Source: Phoronis australis (lineage: Eukaryota > Animalia > Phoronida). Taken from it: a stretch of 64,000 nucleotides of DNA. The notes under the pieces are model-generated. The model ran no database searches, was not told the origin of the DNA, and worked only from the letters and a program-made list of their open reading frames with translations. The stretch covers positions 174,493 through 238,492 of the forward strand of contig NMRA01000502.1 in assembly GCA_002633005.1 (NCBI GenBank), written 5' to 3'. The position numbers and the translations under genes were made by a program. Positions 53,698 to 64,000 of the stretch are shown here, piece after piece. Within the stretch, counting starts at the first letter, position 1; the number at the start of each line of letters is the position of its first letter.

Positions 53698-56600
53698 ATG
53701 ACATCTATTCCTGACGTGCCTGTAAGCCAGGCACCAAGCTCACAACCGCCCTCTGTGGGTTCAAATGTCTTGCTCACTGCCAATGTTGACAAGGACAAGG
53801 TGTACCAGTGGATAGTGGAGCTTGCCAGTCCAGACACAAGGGAGAATGCTTTGTTAGAGTTAAGGTGTGTTTTAAATGAATGAGAGGCATGAGGAATTTA
53901 CATATAGTCAATTGGTTATCTAAGTGTACAAATATCAGCAAGGATGCAATTCTGACAGAGAGCTATGGGCACACAGAGGGGTGGGATAAAAGTGGTGAGG
54001 ACAATTGGAGAGTACTTGAGACAGTTGAGAGGTTGGGAGCAACTCACCCACTACAACACTAAGAAATCTGATGTGACATTCCTGCTTTCAAAACATGGCT
54101 TAGGGTAGCATAGCTATGTTTTCCTTGGTTGTCCATTTGTACTTTGTTAAATTACAGTTATAGTGTTTGATTGGCTGATGGTAGCCATGACTGGTCCACT
54201 AGTCAGGTGTTTGAACGCTTGAGTTCAATCATCGAATATTACTGCTACATTTGACTAACATAGGTACATCACAGGTCAGAGACTTGCCAGAGCTGCTTTG
54301 TGGACAGAGCTTAAAATAATTTAATGAACGATAAAGTATGTCCTCTGTAATTCAGATTTAGAAATTCTGCACCGATACATACCGCAGACATTGTAACTAC
54401 CCACTTGTAATAACTGCGTTTTCAAAAATGATGCCCATATTCCCAGGTCGAGATCTCAGCTTGTAATTGCTGACTGGGGAAGTACGTGAAACCCGAATCA
54501 GTCATGAAAGCTTGGCCACTAGATTTCCTTTCCGAGTAACAACTGTAATGGATACAGAACTAACAGCTGCTAGCAGACTCACTGTTACCTGTGCTATTGG
54601 AGTCGCTCGTAAATTCGTTTCCGAGTGGCCAAAGAATCATGACGTGTGTGGCAGAATTGCAAAATGCTGTGATGAGAATAACTTGATTTGCATCAGTTTA
54701 TATTTGAATTTCTGTTGCAGTAAAAAGCGTGAAGTTGTGCCTGACCTCGCACCAATGTTATGGAATTCGTTTGGCACCGTGGCAGCTCTTTTGCAGGAAA
54801 TCATCAACATTTACCCAGCAATCAATCCACCCCACTTGACTGTAAGTCTCTAAAGCCAACATGGCTTACAGGGTTCGAGTGTACCATTGCCTACACACAT
54901 TAGGTTAGAGAATGATGCTTTGTAAATGATGTGACACATTTTTTCACCTGTTAGTACCTGTTATTTTTCTTTCTCTACACACCAGTGTTGGAATTGACCT
55001 GCTGTCAAATTTTGGTAAATTTAGATTATTATGTTATGCTAAATTTTGTGTTGCATTTGATAATAATTTGTATTGTTGGTAAAACACAGATTATGACAAA
55101 TTCGTGTTTTGTTTTTACCCTGTGTCCTCCTTTGTCCAGGCTCATCAGTCTAACCGTGTATGCAATGCCTTAGCCCTACTTCAATGCGTGGCCTCACACC
55201 CTGATACCAGATCTGCATTTCTACAAGGTGAGTCAAAGCAGAGGTATAAATGGGTTCTTAGGTGGGTGGATGAGCATACCTCATACCCATTCTTATAGTG
55301 GCCACTTGTTTTAATACATGCAATCAAACATGCAAACCTGTGTCAAATTTAGAGATTGAGGATCTTGTGCCTGTAGTGTGTAACTTTATGGGTTTGAATA
55401 CCTTTAATATCCTTTAGTGTGTGTGAATTACTGGATTACAGCTTCTTTAATAGCTCATAGCAATGACTGAGATAGTTACAGCCCAGCTGTTCAGAAATGT
55501 GCAGCAGGGATCGTCACTGAGGAGACCATCTTTTTACAATGATAATATCACCACCTTCTCTGAGGTCTACTGATGGGAAATGGTGTAAAAGTGACATCCA
55601 GATTGATAAGTTTCCGTTCTCATTGCAAACAAGCTGGTAACAATTATGACAGGAGAGCTGAATCAACCCAGTTGGACAGAGCCTCACTGTCCAATGAGCT
55701 TGTTGCATGGTCATAGGAGGCTTGAATCTCTTTGTAAGCAAGGGAGTGGTTAGATTAATTGGAGTATTATAATGCTATAAGTAGAGTGCCAGTTACACAT
55801 GCTCCCAAACTTAACTGGTCTCTTGCCGGTACCAAAAATTTCCTTATAATCACAAATATCCTCTCAAGGTTAAAATCAGCTTCAAGTCACCAAGATACTC
55901 TTGACATCAGAGTGTTCATGTATAGGTCACAGGGTCAGTGCTAATCAATATAGCATTTCTTGATGGAAAAATCCTTTTTTATAACTTGATTATCATCTCT
56001 TTCAGCACACATTCCTCTCTTCCTCTACCCGTTCCTGCACACCGTCAGCAAGACACGTCCTTTTGAATATCTCCGTCTTACTAGTCTAGGGGTAATAGGT
56101 GCACTTGTTAAGGTAAGTTTGTGATGTTTAAAAGCTTGTGTTTTATTGTAAAAGGCATACTTGCTTTAATAGCATATATCTGAGCAACTCTGGACAATAG
56201 AACTATATCAGTCTACTGAAAACCAGGTCAATACTTTTTGCATAATTTTGTAAACTGATAGTTATTGGTAAATGGCTATTTGAATACTGTTTTCAGTTTC
56301 ACCAAAGGCCATAATGCTTCCTTGAGGCATTTTGTGAATTACGATTAATTGCATTCTGAAATTCTTTCCATTGTTATGTGTTGTGTATTTTTCTCCTCAG
56401 ACTGATGAACAAGAAGTCATAAACTTTCTGTTGACAACGGAAATCATACCACTATGTCTACGGATAATGGAATCTGGGAGCGAATTATCAAAAACTGTAA
56501 GTGTGAAAAGGCCTTAATTTTTTCAGTTTGTTTTAAATTGGTCAGATGTTGAATGACGAATTGATGTGAACAATTGTTAAAAAACATAAAATACTCTCTG

Positions 56601-59600
56601 TAATGTGCAATTATTGATAACTGGTTTCACAATCTGTTGATACGTTGGTTTCTAGAACACTAAGATGTGTTCTGATCACATTTTTTAACTTTGGTTGTTT
56701 AAAAATGAACAAAGTAAAAACGTGCAATTACTATCCTTTTTCAGGTAGCCACATTCATCTTGCAAAAAATTTTATTGGACGAAACAGGTCTCTCCTATAT
56801 ATGTCAAACATATGAAAGGTTTTCCCATGTTGCCATGATCCTGGTGAGTCGCATGCTGATGCATTCATACATGTATTTAAATCCTAGTGCATGTGTCTTG
56901 GTTGCCTTTTTATGTGCCCACATATGTATGTGCCATTACAGCGTTTTTCCCGTTGCTCCCAACTTGTTCGATTCTATAGCCTAACTACAAGTTGGGAAGT
57001 TTACCCCAATCCTGTAGCCAATATCTTACACGACTGATTAACTCCATTCTGGCATTTATGGTTGGAGGGCCAGCTCTCTTTTGTTCGATAATTGCTCTAA
57101 TCTCCAATAAGATCCTATCTACCCTGACTGGGCTGTGCTGTTAAAAATAAAAGTTAAGTTATAACATATTTGAACATAAACCAATAGCATTTCTGAAATC
57201 TTTGTGAAATGGTGGATCATGTTTAGTTTTTGAATCACCAACATCGCCCAACTGCAACCAAAGTTACGACAATCTATTCTTTCCGAATACACCAATTCAA
57301 TCTGAGTTTGACTGTGGTCACAGGTGGTCTGTAATAAGCCTGGTAGATATTAAGTGGCCTGCTTGTTGTCATAGCAGACAAAAGAGTGTGCTTGGCAGTT
57401 AACAAAGAAGCTAGATGTTATCACACACTCAGAACTCCCTACGTCTGGTGAAGTCACTGAACGGGAAAACACTGTCATGGGGTGCATATTGCCGTCATCT
57501 CTGTCCCACATCTGTGCATCCATCCAGTCTCCGCGGCTATATCTCCTAAACCCGCTGCACGATTGGGAAATTTTGATCCGTTTGTTCCCATGAAGGTGAC
57601 TACGAATAACATTGACTTTCAGATGAATCTTACTACCACTGTGCCCCCTCTAGGCAATTGGTTTGCCTCCATATCTACCAAGTTCTGTCATGCATTATTA
57701 TGAAATTTTGTGACTAAATAGACAATGAGAACTTTCCAATTTCAAAAGGATCTGATGTATTCTACATCTCCTAGTGGCCTGTATCATGTTTTTCACTTAA
57801 AATTCTTCTGACATCTCCTCTATATATACACTCAAAGGATGATATTGAAATTTGGCAGTAAGGGAGTACCGTTAGAGTTGATATTCAAATGGTCCAACTA
57901 CAGTGGTGCCCCCTAGTGCTTCAATATATGTATCTACCCCTATTGGCAAATTGTCATTGTGCCTGGGCATCCATTATAGCTTTACCTTTGTGCACTATGT
58001 GTGTGTGTCAGTGCTTGGCATTGCTCGCATGCTAGTTTGCACAACTCTGTTAGCTGCTGCGAGCAGTGGTCTCTATTGGTATAGATTTGACATGTGTTCA
58101 TTTGTTATAATGGACCCCTAGCATGACCTATTACTAGTTTTCCAGGGGAAAACTCAGGATAGGGCATGTCCATCACGTGACTGTGACTTGTCCTCTAATT
58201 AACAGGTTTACTAGTCTGGGTTATCAGTAGGCTGATCTTCAAATTGGGGGATTTCCTCTGCGGTGCTGTTGTATTTTTTCAAATCTTTGTGAAATGGTTG
58301 TTATCTCGTAAACACCTGGTGTTGTTATAGATAATGTGCGGACTTGTAACCTGTTGAATCATCAGTGTTTTAGCTGGAGATATTTAGCATGATCAGCTTG
58401 CAAGTTCCTTGAGAATCTTTCGCCCAGAGTACTTGCTAACCCATTTACTTAGTATTTTTAAGACTGGATTTCACTGTTCTATTTTTATAATGGTACCTTG
58501 GCTTTGTCATGCTCGCACTAAAGCATGTGACTGTTGACCTGTGCTATCAACTGTAGTGCATTTAAATGACAAGTATGAAGTTATTTTCTCTCATATTATT
58601 TACATATCACCAAGTTATCCATGGTTTCACTGGATGTTTATGATGCGAAAATCATCCGAAACTGCACTTGAAAAATGACAGCAGTGCTGTACATTAAATT
58701 CCCTTCATTTCTTAGGAAGTCACTGCAAGTGGTGTTTTTATAAGATATGGTCTGTGATCATAGTTTGAATACGTGGCCTTTGCTTGCCTTAATTCTCTGA
58801 AAACTGATGGACATTGACTCTTAATTAGTACTTCTAGTCCCCCATTGGTCACCTGGATATCCGAAGAGTGGCATCATTATATAAGTCTTACGCACTTCAT
58901 TTGCACAGGGTAAAATGGTGCTGCAGCTAGCTAAGGAACAGTCAGCACGTTTGTTAAAGCATGTTGTCCGCTGCTATCTCAGGCTGTCTGACAATCCCAG
59001 GTAAGTTAAGTTACAAATTATGTGATGTTGTATTGTATTCCATGTGCCTTTGTCATTATGGTTCCCTCACTCATCCAGTGTGAGACTTAGTCATGTTATG
59101 CAGTGATTTGAAGGTTATGCAGAACCGCAGAAAAGTGTCCACATTTGGTGAACTTCAGAGCATCCTGTCTCAGAAATGGTTGGACGCATTCATATGAAAC
59201 TTTCAGATACTGTGCTCTTTGCATTGTCCAAAATGCTGTTAGGAGCTAGTTTGAAACTGTTCCATTTTTGTATGACAGTCTATCAAAAAATTGAACGTCA
59301 ATATTAAGCAGAATTTGGTCATGTTGTTAATACCATAGTTTTGTTGTCGATGGACCTTTGTTATTACTTAACAAACTTTACTAAAATGACTTGGTCACGT
59401 CACCCAATTAAGGGTAGGTTGATGAAAAGTCAACAATCAAATTCAACAGGCTTTCTACTTCTAGAAAATATATACTTTTACTTAAATCTGTAGTTCTAAA
59501 GATATTTGCCTAAATACACAGACTTGTCGATAGGGCCCTACATCTGCATAATTATACAAAGAAATTTGAAGTAAAAGGTTGCAACCCTGGATTTCCATGG

Positions 59601-60637
59601 TTACGGAAAGCAGACAGAATTCACAGAATCGAAATGTATTGAACAGAATTTACAAATTATAGCATATAAAGAAACTCTAATATTAGTTGTTAGATTTCAA
59701 AAATGAAGAATATAATCCATTGAAATCAATTACATTTATTGCCTTAAATCCACGATTGTTTTGCTGCAGACACATTCAAGCAGTTCATTCAAACTTTATG
59801 AAAGTTACGCTGTTCTTTTTCTGATTTTGAAAAGCATTAAATATTCTGTGTTATCAGTAAAAGAAGAGTTGCAGCATAATTCAGCAGAAAAATTACTGCT
59901 AGTCACAGATAATTTTATTGTTTTGAAACAGAAAAACAGTATTTGGTAATTTACAAAATGTGTATAAAATGAACATTTGTGTTTGCTAAATTAGATTTCA
60001 CTGTTTTGAAATTAGAAAACCAGTACTTACAAAAGCAATGTCCTTCCCCAAAACTGCCTCATTATCCAAGAAAAATTCAATTGAAAATTTTCTGGTTCAT
60101 TGCCACTTGTTTTCCAGCTCTGTTCTTATCAAACATCGTTTACACCGAAGCTTATTGAAAAACGTTTGGTAGTAAACTGATGTGGACTTCAGGGATTGGT
60201 CAGTTTTTTGAAAACTTGCCTGCGACCAGCATAGCATATCCTGCCAGTATACATGGTACTGTGTTGTATACCGGAACATGTATTATGTCTCAACAGGACT
60301 GCACTGTCTTTTGAGCAAGCATATATCATGGGGGTTATCGAAATGCAGCCGTATATAATTGGAAGTTATCTGGTCTCTGGTCTGAGCAGCATCTGATTTT
60401 GGTTGCACGTATTACCAAAACAAGCGGAACATGTCCAATCACATTTTGACATATTTCTTCAATCTGTGGACTTTCAGAGCCAGGGAAGCATTGCGCCAAT
60501 GTCTGCCAGATCAGCTATGGGACCAGACTTTTGCCAGTTGCTTACAAGACGACAACTCGACCAAAAGGTGGCATGCTCAGCTGCTCAAGAACTTAGAGAT
60601 TCGCATATCTGGTGGAATAACAATGCCACCCCAGTAG
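53698..60637 (+). CDS. CNOT9: CCR4-NOT complex subunit 9 (RCD1/CAF40/RQCD1), 8 coding exons, 309 aa
   Basis: Exons 53698-53864, 54721-54841, 55140-55227, 56006-56112, 56401-56496, 56745-56843, 58909-59000 and 60478-60637 total 930 nt in frame. Conserved Rcd1 motifs: [128 protein letters not shown]. Confidence 0.97.
56933..57480. mobile_element. ~550-bp dispersed TIR element (family A), copy in a CNOT9 intron
   Basis: Termini CCATTACAGCGTTTTTCCCGTT and AACGGGAAAACACTGTCATGG are inverted; similar to 17456-17991 throughout. Confidence 0.75.
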
Positions 60638-61682
60638 TGCAGTGTTGAGCAACAGCGGACCATTTAATTACATCGATGAACAATCTGTGGAAGGCTTTGT
60701 GATAAACATGTACATTAGTATAGGTGTCACTTTAGCCTGGTGTTTGCCAAGTTGAACTTGGTCTCCAAAGCAACAGAGGCAGGTTGCATGAAAACAGTCC
60801 CAGTAAGGACTGAGCAATGTTCCCTAAATTTTCAATGTGTTTGTAGAATTTGCTGCTCACTAATGCTCTATTTTACTATTACTTTGCCTTAATAACGTGA
60901 CCTGCTCGTTTACTGTAATATGATGTTTTCAATAATATATCTGAGACTGAACCCTTATTTCAATGAAAATAAATAGGGACTAATTCTTTAAACTAGGGTC
61001 TAGGGGTTAGGGGCCTCACATGAAATGTTTATTATTTATTTTCAATAATGGGGAGAATTCAACTTGTAGTTTAGTGTCAGTTTGTATCACGCTAAAACAT
61101 GACAATGAAGATACTGTAAAATAGTGGAAGAAAGGACAATTGACAAATGCATTGAAAAGTTAAGTAACATCCTGTAGTTGAGTCTTTGTTGGGTGTGTTC
61201 CATGAAACCAGGCACATGTAGGTACTCCATGGCATCTCTAATGTTATAAATGAAGCATCCATTATTTGCAGCTCCTTCAAGTTGGTTTATTTACATATAA
61301 GATTTACTGCATTAAACCCAAATAAAAATACATAGACTTGCTTAAAAAAGTTACTATAATGTTATATAGTTACAATGGACTTGTTTAGTTTCTCTGCTTA
61401 GGCATGGGCGGCGCACCATTGGGGCCTGGGGGGTATAGCCCCCTCTTTTTCAGTGCTGCGCCGCCTATGGTCTATGGGCTGTGCACCAGAGGTCAGCTAT
61501 AGCCCCCCCCCATTTTTTCAGTGCTGCGTTGTTCATGTTAGGCACTGTGAAATTAAGAATTTTGGAATTCCAAGCAGTTGTTTAGAAGTGGTAGCCATAC
61601 ATAGAGGGAGAGGTTTGCATCGGCAAATAAAGGTGCTGCAGTCTCTTGCATCTGTTTAGTTTAAACTGTGTAGGTGTGCTGG

Positions 61683-63202
61683 GAAGAAACCAGGAATCTA
61701 GACACAGAAGAAGTACCACGTTTCACTGAGGAGGAAGTAGAACGTACCCTCAGAAAGATGAAGAAAAGAAAAGCACCAGGGAATGATGATATTACAAGCG
61801 ATATAATTTCGGTAGGAGGACAAGAAACAATCAAATACTTGACAAAAGCATTCAATGTAATTCTAAGGACCCAAAACATCCCAGAATGCTGGAAAGAAGC
61901 AAAAATAATAATATTATTTAAAAAAGGAGACCGAAGTGATGTAAAGAACTATAGACCCATAAGCTTTTTAGCCCATACGTACAAACTATTCACAAGGCTA
62001 TTACAAAATAGAAAGGAGAAACAACTAGATGAAAATCAACCCCGAGAACAAGCAGGGTTTAGAAAGAGCTACTCAACATCAGACCATCTGCAAGCCCTTG
62101 GACAAACAATTGAAAATGTAACGAATGTAACCTGCCACTGTGTGCTGGTTTCATAGACTATGAAAAAGCTTTTGATTCAATTGAACATTTTGCCATCATT
62201 GAAGCCCTAAAAAATATCAACATAAATGAAACACATGTAAAACTGCTGCAAAATATATATACAGGTGCCACCGTCAGAATACACATCGACAACCACGTCT
62301 CTGAAAGATTCAACATAGAGAGAGGAGTTTGACAGGGAGACCCAATTTCACCTAAACTGTTTAATTATACTGACAATGGCAGAGATCTTCAAATCTTCAG
62401 ACCTTCAAAGGGGAGTAAACATAGACGGAGAACATCTAAGAGACCTAAGATTTGCAGATGATGTTGCTTTGTGCACAGAAGACATAACACAATTAGAAAC
62501 AAAATATACTGAATGAAGAAAGCAACAATGTGGGATTAAAGATACACAAGGATAAGACAAATTTTGAAACAGATGAACAAGTAATCATGGTGGAGAACAA
62601 GACCATTGAAAAAGTCACAAAATATAAATACCTGGGACAAACTATACAAATGGAGAACCGTATGACCAATGAAATACAAATCCGAATAAGAGCTGGATGA
62701 AGTTGCTTTGGAAAAGATATGAACATACCCATATCCCTGAAAAGAAAAGTATTTGACCAGTGCATCATCCCCACAATCACCTATGGATGCGAAAATGGAC
62801 CTTAACAAAACAGACAACTGCCAAGCTAAAAACAATACAGAGAGCAATGGAGAGAAAAATGCTTGGAATAAAATTACTAGACAGGATTCCACACACAGAG
62901 ATAAGAGAACAAACAAGAGTCGTGGACATAATCAAGACAATTCTAAAATTGAAATGGAGGTGGGGCGGACACGTGGCCAGAGCACAGGACAACAGATGGA
63001 CAAAAAGATGTACAGAGTGGCAACCCAGATATGGAAAGAGATCAAGAGGACGGCCCGAAGCCAGATGGAGAGATGACGTGAGAATGATAGGCACAACATG
63101 GATGAGAGCAGCAAGAGACAGAACAAGTTGGAAGGCATTGTCGGAGGGCTACATCCTGCAGTGGATGAACAACGCCTAGATGAGATGAGATGAGATGAGA
63201 TG
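61683..63202 (+). mobile_element. 5'-truncated RTE-clade LINE with a disrupted reverse transcriptase
   Basis: RT motifs KAPGNDDI, FKKGDRSDVKNYRPIS, QPREQAGFRKSYSTSDHL, FIDYEKAFDSI, RGV*QGDPISPKLF, LRFADDV, YKYLGQ, LKWRWGGHVAR, RSRGRPEARWRDD, with stops and frameshifts. (GATGA)n tail at 63178-63202. 11-bp TSD AGGTGTGCTGG at 61672-61682 and 63203-63213. Confidence 0.93.
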
Positions 63203-63917
63203 AGGTGTGCTGGTAGATGTCGTTAATGGAGATTTAATTATTATGCCTGCATGGACAAAGACTCCTGACATCAGTTACAAAAAGTGAACCTAACTGCATC
63301 TGTTGCCCGTGAACTTGTACAACTCACGGACATTGCTTAAGCCTAGATCTCGTTTTTAGGCAGAACCTTCTAAACTGTGTATTTGTATATTAAAGGCTAA
63401 CATAGTGCTGCTGATAAACTTGATTCCACGGTTGCCGAATTGAGGTGTGCAGGGCCTGAGCTGGTTTTCACAGACTGGTAACAAACATAGTCTACTTTCC
63501 CAAGATGTTGCTGCCCCTGTAGACTCAGATTTCAGATTGCCCATATTCCCGCTAATGAGGAACTTATAACTGGAGGTCCACGACAAAAGCAATTGGGCCA
63601 AAGAATACATGTACCACAACGAAGATACCACCAGTGGGGGCATCGATGAAGCTGCTCTGCCAATGGTGACGTTTACGGCGTGGCCGCGGGCACAGGTATG
63701 CAAACGACTAGAGCAACTCTGACGGGTTAGAACGCATCCAGCGTCCACGTCTCAACAACGCCATGGTCACGGCAGCCGACACCAGTCCACATTTAAAATG
63801 CAAATACCAACTAACCCACACGCCTTCTCCCCAATCTGAGTGTCACACATGATCACGTGATGGTTTCAGATTTTTAAAACCAGACTCTAAACAAAACATT
63901 TGAACATTTTTGTATTG

Positions 63918-64000
63918 CAGTGGCGGATCTACGGGGGGGTTCAGGGGGTTTAAACCCCCCTCGGGCCAGGACCCAAAAATTAAAAAAAAAAAAAAAAAAC
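63918..64000. mobile_element. Probable left end of a hAT-like non-autonomous element, cut by the window edge
   Basis: CAGTGGCGGATCTACGGGGGGGTTCAGGGGGTTTAAACCCCCC resembles common invertebrate hAT-MITE termini. The other end is not visible. Confidence 0.45.

Noticed and set aside
62493-63138. Several minus-strand ORFs
   Set aside because: These are antisense shadows of the RTE reverse transcriptase region.
63356-63748. 130-aa minus-strand ORF
   Set aside because: No recognisable domain in the frames I examined and no clear exon chain; it cannot be supported without a database search.

Overview
This is AT-rich, intron-rich eukaryotic genomic DNA, probably from a marine invertebrate (inferred from gene structure and repeat types); no prokaryotic features are seen. 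Three host loci can be spliced by hand with GT-AG sites and open frames. (1) A + strand MAM-domain locus (2060-24586) made of two similar 2-MAM cassettes, each ending in a tiny terminal exon (PPVGK* and PPVGRR*); its 5' end is not visible. (2) A complete ATG9 gene on the - strand (19 coding exons, 801 aa). (3) A complete CNOT9/RQCD1 gene on the + strand (8 coding exons, 309 aa), divergent from ATG9. Introns and spacers contain non-autonomous Kolobok-type elements with TTAA target sites and THAP remnants (one nested inside a relative), several MITE-like elements, a tRNA-derived SINE-like remnant, a decayed gag-only LTR element and a 5'-truncated RTE LINE with an 11-bp TSD. The most unusual signals are a 17-copy 26-bp minisatellite built from an ATG9 splice donor, the duplicated MAM cassette with possible alternative amidated C-termini, overlapping sense/antisense ORF remnants in the Kolobok elements, and an orphan promoter-like island at 25.2-25.7 kb. 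All coordinates were read by eye and no database searches were run.
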